The translations under genes were made by a program, and so were the position numbers. This document shows, piece after piece, positions 1 through 7,606 of a stretch of 20,000 nucleotides of DNA. How positions within the stretch are numbered: the first letter of the stretch is position 1; each line of letters begins with the position of its first letter. Origin of the DNA: an uncultured virus (IMG/VR IMGVR_UViG_3300042876_000347) (Duplodnaviria > Heunggongvirae > Uroviricota > Caudoviricetes); the IMG/VR virus record IMGVR_UViG_3300042876_000347; one strand, 5' to 3'. The notes beneath the pieces were generated by a model. It had not been told where the DNA came from. It saw nothing but the letters and a program-made list of their open reading frames with translations, and ran no database searches.

Positions 1-2092
1 TCTGCTCTGGGTGCTCCCAGTGAACTATCGCTTCCTCGTCCTCCCTAAAGAGGAGGACTGCTTGGTAAAGCTTAGGATGCGTAGAAGAGCTCTCACTCCA
101 CTGGAAGTCGAAGGCAATGCTCTTTGCGTAGTAGTCGTCAAGCGAGTAGGTGGCAACTCTCCTACCAGCGTTGTCATTAGCAGTCCCAGTCTTGAAAGAA
201 GTCCCAGCTGTCTTCTCCGAGTCATAGTACGGGGTGATGGTGATATCCACGTTGTTCGGGTCGAAGTCGAGCATCAGGGTGCCGAACTCCTTGTGGGTAA
301 GAGGGATGCCGGAGTCCCAGCTGCCGGTCCGTAGTTGCACATTCAGGGTCTCATTCACATTCGAGTAGGAGTCATTGAAGTCCCAGAGGTACTGGTCCTG
401 TGCGGTGCCGATGATGAGCTGGTTCCAGTTCTGGCCCTCGTTGTAGTACACAACTGAGGCCCTATCGGGAGTCCACTCAAACCACTTGCCATCTTCGAGC
501 TGCATCACTAGGTGGAAGAGCTTTTGAGTTGTCTGCCCAGGGTAGATGAAGTGGAGCTCCCTGTTGGTCACATAGAGTCTGATCTTGTCAGACTGCACGT
601 AGTCGATAGCCTCTAGGTCACCAGCGGGCCGCCCCCTAAAGATCGGCCTGATAGTGGTGTCTGTCAGATTGACTGGTGTATCCGGCTGGCAGTTCGTTGC
701 ATAGATGCCATCCTTGGAGCAGATGTACACTGCGTTAGGGCCAACGGCGCAGGCCCACTTACCAGCAACTCCCATCCCAATCGGGATCTCCCTAGGGGTG
801 AACTCAGGCGTAGAACTCGGCCCACCATAGTCTAGGGCATAGAGTCTCTTGGTCGAGAACACGAATGGGTTCCCACCAAAGACGAAGCCATTCAGCAGTT
901 CCTCCGCTGGGTCACTCACTGCATTCACATTGTTCAACTGGTTATGCTTCCCTAGGTCATCAGTCGAGTTCCAGTACACGTAGTTCTTCTTGACTGGATC
1001 CCCAACCCAGAAGAGGTACTTCCCCTGGAAGGGGCCGAAGCAGTAAGAGAACTTCTGTCCTGTCAGTGCTGCCCCACTAGAGTCAATGGTTGAGAAGATC
1101 TCCACTAGCTCAGCATCAATGGTCTCCGCTAGGGCTGCAGTAGCATCAGGCACGTTGTCGGTGATGTTCGTGGTGCCTACAGTGCCGTCATTCACCGCAG
1201 TGCCAACTAGCCGCCAGGAGTTGCTAACCGCACCTCCCTTGCGCCATAGCCTGATCTGGTCCACCGCACCCGCTGTAGTCTTCGTGCAGGTGATCACTGC
1301 GTTCTGCGCGCTAAGCACTACCGAGGAGGCAATGATTGCTCCTAAGGGACTCTCGAAGCCGGTCTTGGTGTTCTTGTAGGTGGCAGCATAGTAGTAGGTG
1401 CCAGTGAGTACACCAGCAGGGGTGGAGTCCTTAGTGGGAGCAATCGGAGCGGTGATCCCTAGGTTGTAGGCATAGAGGATCGGCACGTTCGGTAGTGTTG
1501 GTCCTCCAATGGCGAAGCTAGTTGCTGTCACTGGTGGAGCCGTCAGGTTGCAATCCTTCAGGGCGATCCACCACTTTCCATCCACGATCACTAGTGGAAT
1601 CCCATTAGGCGCGTTAGCCAGAATGATCGAGTTCCCTGTGGGATCAATGAAATCCCCGTAGCGAGTAGCGCTAGTGGGCCACCCTGCTGGGTTGGAAAGA
1701 GCCACCTGGGAACTCTTTAGCATCACTGGCACGCCATTGATAAAGACTCTCGCGAGAGGATCAGTGTAGCCTGTCATCCTAGGAGTGGCAGCATGAATAG
1801 TCAAGTAACCATTTACTAAGCCAGCGCTAGTGGTAACCTTACCGATGTAGCGCACAGCCCTTAGGGAGCCTACTCCCCAGAGCCCTGGGTAAGGACTATC
1901 CAAGTACCCTGCTAGCTGCTGCTGCGGCATTACAAAGTACCCACTTGCAGGCCGAGCTTCAATAGCTCCTTCAATGTTGGGCCTAACATTCAGTGCCCTA
2001 GTTAGCTGCCCATCATTTAGGAGCTCTGGAGGGTGCGTAACATCAAGGCCTCCTAGGACGAACCTGAAGGGTTGATTTCTATAGTCTGCCAT
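1..2092 (-). CDS. Tail hub / DNA stabilisation protein (P22 gp10 / tail tubular B-like), partial, runs off the left edge
   Basis: Absent from the ORF track. I translated it by hand: ATG at 2092 overlaps the upstream TAA (TAATG) and the frame stays open for 697 codons to the edge. It starts MADYRNQPFRFVLGGLDVTHPPELLNDGQLTRALNVRPNIEGAIEARP, which resembles the F-x-x-GG-L-D...N-V start of podovirus hub/nozzle proteins. It has beta-propeller-like segments (YLFWVGDP..NYVYWN, AVYICSKDGIYA) and an Ig/FN3-like insert (GTYYYAATY...ESP...IRLWRK). It lies directly after the adaptor genes. Confidence 0.75.
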   Translation of the reverse strand, partial: MADYRNQPFRFVLGGLDVTHPPELLNDGQLTRALNVRPNIEGAIEARPASGYFVMPQQQLAGYLDSPYPGLWGVGSLRAVRYIGKVTTSAGLVNGYLTIHAATPRMTGYTDPLARVFINGVPVMLKSSQVALSNPAGWPTSATRYGDFIDPTGNSIILANAPNGIPLVIVDGKWWIALKDCNLTAPPVTATSFAIGGPTLPNVPILYAYNLGITAPIAPTKDSTPAGVLTGTYYYAATYKNTKTGFESPLGAIIASSVVLSAQNAVITCTKTTAGAVDQIRLWRKGGAVSNSWRLVGTAVNDGTVGTTNITDNVPDATAALAETIDAELVEIFSTIDSSGAALTGQKFSYCFGPFQGKYLFWVGDPVKKNYVYWNSTDDLGKHNQLNNVNAVSDPAEELLNGFVFGGNPFVFSTKRLYALDYGGPSSTPEFTPREIPIGMGVAGKWACAVGPNAVYICSKDGIYATNCQPDTPVNLTDTTIRPIFRGRPAGDLEAIDYVQSDKIRLYVTNRELHFIYPGQTTQKLFHLVMQLEDGKWFEWTPDRASVVYYNEGQNWNQLIIGTAQDQYLWDFNDSYSNVNETLNVQLRTGSWDSGIPLTHKEFGTLMLDFDPNNVDITITPYYDSEKTAGTSFKTGTANDNAGRRVATYSLDDYYAKSIAFDFQWSESSSTHPKLYQAVLLFREDEEAIVHWEHPEQ

Positions 2093-4260
2093 TACTGCCC
2101 TCCATAGATGAACTTAGTAAGTTCGACGCCAGCACTGTAGAGTTCCTCGCAGGCCCTTGCTCTAGCGGGGTCATTCATCTCCCCTTCCTGGGAAAGCAGC
2201 TCTGCTAACACCCCGTATTTCACTGGCCACCAGAGCACGTAGGGTAGTGGGAAGGGAGACCAGGGACTTGCAACTCCGCCTCCACCCCAGGGAGTGCCCA
2301 CGCATCCACAGCCAGTTGGAACTGTCGCTAGCGTTGGCGCTGGTACATACCATGCCTTCAGGGTGGTGACATTCGAGGCTGGTACTAGCTGGATGCTCAG
2401 GCCATCAGGTAGGGGATCCCGGATGTACTGTACACCACTTAGGGAGCCCTGTGAGAGATCAGCTTCTAGCTGGTCTACAGGAAGAATGGCGTAGCTGTCG
2501 GCCTCCAGGCGACGGAGTTCAACTAGATCTGTCGGAAGGGCATACAGGCCTGAGGAACCCGTGATCGTGGCTTCCTTCCTAAGGAGACCCGTGTCTAAGA
2601 GGAACCTTACTAGCCTGTCATAGGTGACTCGTAGGACCTTAGTGATCCCACCAAATCTAGTAAAGCCACCAGTAGCTAGGTAGGCTGTGCTGGAAGGAAG
2701 GGGCTCGATCAAGTGATTCCAAAGCTCGTCTAGGAAGTCTGCGTAGCTCGCTCCTGCGGGTAGCACACACACGTAGTTAGTCTGAGTGCTGGTGGAGTTG
2801 TCTGAACCATTCACTACCTGCAGAGCTACCGTGTAGGTCCCTGCAGTGGTATACGTATGTGAGGGACTCTGGCTTGTGCTAGTGCCTGTGTCTCCAAAGG
2901 TCCACCCCCAGCTCACCACATCCCCCGTGGAGGTATCCTTGAACTGCACTACTAAGGGTGCTACTCCAAAGGTAGGTGAGGCTGTGAAGGAAGCTGTAAC
3001 TTTAGCTGGTAGGATAGTAAAGTTTGAAGTGGTGCTCTTGGTCCCTGCAGGGTTAGTAGTTGCCAGGGTAGCCCAAGCAGCGCCTGCTGTGGTGAACACA
3101 TGTACTGGGTTCTGTGAATCACTAGTGCTCCCATCTGAGAAGGTCCAAGCCCAAGTGGTTGGGTTATTAGTAGCGCTTCCTGTGAAGGCAAAGCTCACTG
3201 GCCGTCGAAGAGTAGCAGGTGTAGCCACATAGCTAATCGTCGGCGTGGGCCTGCCATCCGCTGCCACAATGAGGTTGCTCTTAGTAACTGTGCTGGTATC
3301 TGCCCCTGTGCCTCCTGCCCTAGTGGCAGTCAGGCTCACAGAGTAGGTCCCTGCAATCATGTATGCATGTGAGGGATTCTGTAGGGTGCTAGTTCCCCCA
3401 TCACCGAAGGTCCAACTCCAAGTTGTGGGAGCTGGCGTACCTGTAGTGGTGTCAGTGAACTGGACAGCGAAAGGTGTAGACCCTGAGGTATAGTTACAGC
3501 TAAAGCCTGCCTGTAGGTCAGTTGAGCTAGCATTAACCGTAATGTATGAGGTCTTAGTAACTGAGCCTGAACCCGAGGAGTTGGTGGCTGTCAGTGTAAC
3601 CGTATAGGTCCCTGGGTTCGCGTAGGGGTGCGTGGGATTCTGCGTAGTTCCATGCGTAGTGCTATCCCCATAGTCCCAGTCCCAACTAGTGGGAGTGTTG
3701 CTCGAAGTGTCAGTAAAGGTGACACTTAAGGGGTTGAAGCCACTTAGAGGTGTAGCTGTGAAATTCGCCACTGGCGCAGCTGCAGCTACATAGGTGATGG
3801 TAACGTAGAGGTTATCCACCCCGAAGTACACACCTGAGTTCAGCGCCTTGTTGATCTCGACTCCGAAGATCAGAGAGGACAAATCGGAGGAAGTCCAGCT
3901 TCCCCCACCCGGCCTAGCTAGTGCTCCCGTAGTACTGAAGTAGTAAGAGTGCCCATCATTCTCTGGACCATATACCCTAGTAGAGCCCAGCTGCACGAAG
4001 AACTTCAGCCGGGAGTCCGTGCTCCCCGAGCGCTGTACCGTGCTATAGATCTCCACCTGGGAGATGCTAGTGATGCTAGGAATGCTGGCGGGGTTCAGCG
4101 TATACGAGTCCCTGCTTTGGCTTCCTAGGTCCTGCACCTGAATAATCTTGCTATCCCCAGCTGCTACCACGCAGGGTACATGGTCTAAGGCTGTCCCTGC
4201 TCCTACATTAGTCCAGTCTCTCTCACTCTGCGCGTAGGGGATGAAATCAAAAGTTGCCAC
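2092..4260 (-). CDS. Virion protein: N-terminal beta domain, four PKD (Ig-like) domains, C-terminal head-tail adaptor/ring-like domain
   Basis: 722 aa, GTG start overlapping the upstream TAG. Four PKD signatures: WDWDYGD..QNPTHPYANPGTYTVTLT, WSWTFGDG..QNPSHAY..AGTYSVSLT, WAWTFSDG..QNPVHVF and WGWTFGD..QSPSHTYTTAGTYTVAL. The last ~220 aa contain YALPTDL and YGVLAELL, matching YLDLPTDY and YGALAELA in the 310-aa adaptor. Confidence 0.8.
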   Translation of the reverse strand: MATFDFIPYAQSERDWTNVGAGTALDHVPCVVAAGDSKIIQVQDLGSQSRDSYTLNPASIPSITSISQVEIYSTVQRSGSTDSRLKFFVQLGSTRVYGPENDGHSYYFSTTGALARPGGGSWTSSDLSSLIFGVEINKALNSGVYFGVDNLYVTITYVAAAAPVANFTATPLSGFNPLSVTFTDTSSNTPTSWDWDYGDSTTHGTTQNPTHPYANPGTYTVTLTATNSSGSGSVTKTSYITVNASSTDLQAGFSCNYTSGSTPFAVQFTDTTTGTPAPTTWSWTFGDGGTSTLQNPSHAYMIAGTYSVSLTATRAGGTGADTSTVTKSNLIVAADGRPTPTISYVATPATLRRPVSFAFTGSATNNPTTWAWTFSDGSTSDSQNPVHVFTTAGAAWATLATTNPAGTKSTTSNFTILPAKVTASFTASPTFGVAPLVVQFKDTSTGDVVSWGWTFGDTGTSTSQSPSHTYTTAGTYTVALQVVNGSDNSTSTQTNYVCVLPAGASYADFLDELWNHLIEPLPSSTAYLATGGFTRFGGITKVLRVTYDRLVRFLLDTGLLRKEATITGSSGLYALPTDLVELRRLEADSYAILPVDQLEADLSQGSLSGVQYIRDPLPDGLSIQLVPASNVTTLKAWYVPAPTLATVPTGCGCVGTPWGGGGVASPWSPFPLPYVLWWPVKYGVLAELLSQEGEMNDPARARACEELYSAGVELTKFIYGGQ
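2761..3778 (-). repeat. Four tandem PKD domain repeats (protein-level, about 85 aa each)
   Basis: The pattern A-x-F..P..V-x-F-x-D-T..W-x-W-x-F-G-D..Q-N-P-x-H-x-Y..G-T-Y-x-V-x-L recurs four times. The third copy is the most degenerate. Confidence 0.9.
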
Positions 4261-4970
4261 TAACTACCTCCCTTAAGACCAGGGGTTGCTACTGCACTAG
4301 GTGCCTGTGGGGTACGCTCTACTCCCATGTACTTGCTGTAAAGGGCAATCCCTGCAAGCTTGGAGTTTCTAGTCCTAGCTGCGAGGAGCATCATCTCTCG
4401 GAGGGGAGCGGAGTTCTCAAGGCCTTCCTTTGGGCTCTCCTTGAAGCTGAGGTACCACTGTGCGTACTCTAGGATCCTCACCAGTTCTTCGTCCCCTAGG
4501 TTCACATAGCTGGAGTCAGAGGTCAGGATCCGGTCACCCCTATAGTAAAAGGCCCCATAGGTAGTGCTAGTTCCTGTCTGTGGATAGACTACTACATGTG
4601 AAACCCCATAAGGTGCCCAGTAGGTAGGGGTTCCTGTTACTGCTGCCCTCCACCCATACTTCTCAAAGTCTAGGTCATCCACACTAGTGGGGTTCAGCGT
4701 TGCGCTTCCCTGAGTTACCCTGAGGATGTTTAATGGCACAGGGCTTAGAGCGTTAGCATTCGCCCCTGTGGGGTCGAACACTTCGACTAGGTTGCCTGTG
4801 CCAGTAAAGTTCGCTGAGGCCACGAAGTCCCCTGTCATGAGTTGCCACACCGCTAGGGCCTCGTTGATCGCGTCTTCCCGTTCGTGCTCTGACCAGAACT
4901 TCCCTTGACTTCCTACTTGCTGCGCTAGGCGATCCTTTAGGGCGAGAAAAGTAGTTCTAGCATATGCCAT
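4260..4970 (-). CDS. Head-tail adaptor / tail ring protein (P22 gp4 or tail tubular A-like)
   Basis: 236 aa. Helical N-terminus (TTFLALKDRL...FWSEHEREDAINEAL), central GTPTYW..VVVYP..FYYR segment and C-terminal helices (LVRILEYAQWYLSFKE). This is the layout typical of podovirus adaptor proteins. It sits between the capsid and tail hub genes. Confidence 0.65.
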   Translation of the reverse strand: MAYARTTFLALKDRLAQQVGSQGKFWSEHEREDAINEALAVWQLMTGDFVASANFTGTGNLVEVFDPTGANANALSPVPLNILRVTQGSATLNPTSVDDLDFEKYGWRAAVTGTPTYWAPYGVSHVVVYPQTGTSTTYGAFYYRGDRILTSDSSYVNLGDEELVRILEYAQWYLSFKESPKEGLENSAPLREMMLLAARTRNSKLAGIALYSKYMGVERTPQAPSAVATPGLKGGS

Positions 4971-4972
4971 CG

Positions 4973-5170
4973 TTACATCCCGCTAGAGAATCCGGGGCCT
5001 CCACCAATCTTGGGAATGCGTACTCCTGGGGGCTTAGGTGCGCTCACCTGGGGGAGCCCCTCAGTTAGGGGTGGGAGACCAACAGACTGCTTAGGCGCAG
5101 GCGGCTTCATCCCTCGGTATGCGCGAAAAGCTTCCAGAGCACTAGGCTTCTTCTTAAGAATCCCAGGCAT
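4973..5170 (-). CDS. Small Pro/Lys/Gly-rich hypothetical protein
   Basis: 65 aa. GGAG precedes the ATG, and the ORF fills the gap between its neighbours (8 nt and 2 nt spacers). Confidence 0.6.
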   Translation of the reverse strand: MPGILKKKPSALEAFRAYRGMKPPAPKQSVGLPPLTEGLPQVSAPKPPGVRIPKIGGGPGFSSGM

Positions 5171-5178
5171 CTGGGGGA

Positions 5179-5367
5179 TTACTCCAGGCTCTTTAGATAG
5201 CTAAAGAGGTCGCTGTCACCTAGGCCGATCACAGGCTTCTGGCCGTTGATCTCTAGGTCTCCGCCCACGTAAACAGGACCCGAACCATTGATCTCTAGAT
5301 CACTGGAGCCCGAGGAGGGCTTGACAATCGCATCCTTGAACACCGGCTTTAGAGTAGTGTTTGCCAC
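5179..5367 (-). CDS. Microprotein with an FKDAIVKP motif and two DLEING repeats
   Basis: 62 aa, GTG start preceded by AAAGGAAG. The motif copies differ only at synonymous positions, which supports translation. Confidence 0.75.
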   Translation of the reverse strand: MANTTLKPVFKDAIVKPSSGSSDLEINGSGPVYVGGDLEINGQKPVIGLGDSDLFSYLKSLE

Positions 5368-5384
5368 TTTGAAAACTTCCTTTC

Positions 5385-6317
5385 CTAAACAAGCCCATGC
5401 GATTGCATGAACTTAGCATCAATTGGGTACCCTAGCCCACCGTCGTCCGAGTCTAGGATCATCGTCTGTGACCGATCGAGGTCGTTCATCACTGAGTTCT
5501 GGAATGCCTCATCGAGCATCTCCGTGTACTGCCGATGTGAGTCGGGACTAAAGAACGGGTTCGGCTTTGCGCCAGTTCCTGGCCAGAGTGCAAGCTCTGC
5601 GAGTGCCCCATACACAAGGCACTCAGGTCTAAGTGCATCAATGATCCTATCTGAGTCAGCACTTAGTGTGTGATTCTTATAATACCTGTATACGAGCTCT
5701 CGTTCAACCTCAATCCGGGGCCAGAACTCAAGCCTAGGCACACGCACGTTGTTTGTGTCAAGTCGTGTTGGTGCAGCAACATACAGGATAGGAGTGCCAG
5801 CGAACGTTCGCTTCGGGTCAATCCGATCAATGTACGCCTGCTGACTCTGTTGAGTGCGTAGCCGCCAGTTCGTGTTGAGATCTCTGATCTCATCCATCGC
5901 CCTATAGTCAGTTGGGAGGTCCAGGTAGAAGTTGCCGATCCTGTAGGAGATTCCCGCCGGGAGGCTGGTGGGTCCTCCAAAGGCCCTATCAATCGTCATG
6001 CTGGTAACCCCAGCCACCGCTGTGATGGTATACCAGGGGGCGATGTTGTTCGGCGCAATCTGCCTGTTGATCATCGCTGAGGTCCAATCAGTGCCAACGC
6101 CACTCACTGTAGTACTGCCATTTGTGAATACTGCTGTGCCCGTAGTGCTGACTGCCTTAGTCAACAGAGAGGCTTCCGCCCGTAGCTCACTCCAGTAGTG
6201 ATCCGTGATCACCCGCTGGTATGTATTCTTAACTGCTTGCTGAATTACCCCGACTGGCGCATCGGGAGCGTAGAGTCTGACCCGATTCCACACCATACCA
6301 AACGTATCTTGTGCCAT
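5385..6317 (-). CDS. Head-tail adaptor / tail ring protein with an inserted beta domain
   Basis: 310 aa. Motifs TFGMVWNRVR, HYWSEL, YLDLPTDY, GTPILY, LEFWP, YRYYK and LVYGALAEL follow the adaptor pattern. The insert TGTAVFTNGSTTVSGVGTDW...YTITAV resembles fibre-attachment-type beta domains. Start overlaps the endonuclease stop (TAATG). Confidence 0.7.
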   Translation of the reverse strand: MAQDTFGMVWNRVRLYAPDAPVGVIQQAVKNTYQRVITDHYWSELRAEASLLTKAVSTTGTAVFTNGSTTVSGVGTDWTSAMINRQIAPNNIAPWYTITAVAGVTSMTIDRAFGGPTSLPAGISYRIGNFYLDLPTDYRAMDEIRDLNTNWRLRTQQSQQAYIDRIDPKRTFAGTPILYVAAPTRLDTNNVRVPRLEFWPRIEVERELVYRYYKNHTLSADSDRIIDALRPECLVYGALAELALWPGTGAKPNPFFSPDSHRQYTEMLDEAFQNSVMNDLDRSQTMILDSDDGGLGYPIDAKFMQSHGLV

Positions 6318-6700
6318 TAGAGATAACTTTCCAAGTAAGCAATTGCTCGGCGCATTCTATCTGTATCCTCATCAAAAAGCCCTAGAGCAGCATTACAGGG
6401 TTGGCACAAAATGCCTCTTACCTCTCCCGTAAGATGATCATGGTCTACATTGGTAGCTTTTGAATCAATGTTTAACGCTTTAAGACAAATCAAGCAACAG
6501 CCTCCTTGATCTGCAATACGCTGCTTTAGCTCTGCCTTGTCTATACCATATCGACAAAGAAGGCGTGCTTCTCGTGCACACGCTTTACAACGCCACTGCA
6601 AACCATCTGCAGCAGCTGCACACTTTGCAAAGTTAGGAAGGGGCAAGTGCTTCTTACAACAGGAGCAACGCTTTTCTGTATCACCCACTTTAATTTTCAT
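6317..6700 (-). CDS. Endonuclease VII-family nuclease (free-standing homing-endonuclease-like)
   Basis: 127 aa. N-terminal CxxC...CKAC Zn module, then YGI...QGGCCLIC...NVDHDHLTGEVRGILCQPCNAALGLFDED...AIAYL, the classic Endonuclease_7 signature. AT-richer than its neighbours. Confidence 0.9.
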   Translation of the reverse strand: MKIKVGDTEKRCSCCKKHLPLPNFAKCAAAADGLQWRCKACAREARLLCRYGIDKAELKQRIADQGGCCLICLKALNIDSKATNVDHDHLTGEVRGILCQPCNAALGLFDEDTDRMRRAIAYLESYL

Positions 6701-6710
6701 AAGCTTAACA

Positions 6711-6737
6711 GAAAAGGGGAGGCACTAAGCCTCCCCT
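6711..6737 (-). terminator. Rho-independent terminator after the capsid operon
   Basis: The minus strand reads AGGGGAGGC-TTAGT-GCCTCCCCT-TTTC: a perfect 9-bp GC-rich stem, 5-nt loop and short U tract, about 20 nt after the stop of the 88-aa gene. Confidence 0.8.
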
Positions 6738-6757
6738 CCATCCTAACTAGTTAACCC

Positions 6758-7024
6758 TTACCAACCGATGAACCCGAGCTTCTGACTTGCGGCACCAGAG
6801 GGGACAGCGCCATCAGTGCCGTAGACCGTTAGCGTACCCGACGCCCACGCGGCCCCTTGCACCGTAGCATTGCCCTGAAGGACCAGCACCCCAAGGATCG
6901 TCTGCAGGCCGACAGCGTTCGCTGCCAGTGCATTCACCCCCGTGGTGTTGACCGTCACGGTAGCCGTATGAAGCTTCAGGTCACCAATCCAGTGCTGTTC
7001 TAGACCTGTAACACCGATAGCCAT
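6758..7024 (-). CDS. Small beta-rich capsid-associated (decoration-like) protein
   Basis: 88 aa with a strong SD (TAAGGAGGT). Last gene before the terminator in the capsid operon. G/A/T/V-rich. Confidence 0.55.
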   Translation of the reverse strand: MAIGVTGLEQHWIGDLKLHTATVTVNTTGVNALAANAVGLQTILGVLVLQGNATVQGAAWASGTLTVYGTDGAVPSGAASQKLGFIGW

Positions 7025-7033
7025 GAAACCTCC

Positions 7034-7573
7034 TTACCAGCCGTTACGCGGAGGGGCGAGGAATACCGTCCGAGTAGTACCAGTAGCCGTGGTGAAAGCC
7101 TGAACCACAAAGCCCGCACCAACCTGATCGACCTCGTTGGTCTGCGAACCGGAAGCCTTGAAGACCGCCTCAGTCGTAGCCGCGATGAGCTTAGCACCCA
7201 CCACGCCAGTGCCAGTGACCTTCGCATTTACGGGACCAGCAACCTGAATGTACCCATACTGGGAGGTTGAAGGAACCGCGCTTAGGAAGACCCCTGCCAC
7301 CACCGGGTTAACCGCACCACCTAGCGCGCCAGTGGTCGCAGCCACTACTGTGTAGTTGCTTAGGTCAGCCCAGTAAGCCACCGCACCCGTAGTGGGGGCT
7401 GTGGCATCCGTCTGAGAACGCTTCACCTTCTGGAACGCCTGCATGCCAAGAGTACCCTGAATGAAGGTAACCTTGCCAAGTTCGCCCGGAATCTGCTGAG
7501 TCGCCTCGTCGGCCAGATTCATGTTGCCCGCTAGACCCTGAATCCAGAGCCCGTCCTGTCGCTTGTCTGCCAT
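7034..7573 (-). CDS. Capsid decoration / cement protein
   Basis: 179 aa, directly after the major capsid gene, AAGGAG SD. The motif VAGVFLSAVP..QYGYIQVAGP is typical of beta-tulip-type cement proteins. Confidence 0.65.
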   Translation of the reverse strand: MADKRQDGLWIQGLAGNMNLADEATQQIPGELGKVTFIQGTLGMQAFQKVKRSQTDATAPTTGAVAYWADLSNYTVVAATTGALGGAVNPVVAGVFLSAVPSTSQYGYIQVAGPVNAKVTGTGVVGAKLIAATTEAVFKASGSQTNEVDQVGAGFVVQAFTTATGTTRTVFLAPPRNGW

Positions 7574-7606
7574 TTTCTCTATAGCTCCTTTCTAAAACCC
7601 TAAGCC

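Noticed and set aside
5321..5350. Plus-strand TTGACA as an antisense promoter
   Set aside because: No -10 element at 16-18 nt. The hexamer is explained by the I-V-K codons of the FKDAIVKP motif.
6744..6753. Palindrome TAACTAGTTA upstream of the terminator
   Set aside because: Single copy and centred on CTAG, which is abundant here. There is no independent support for a function.
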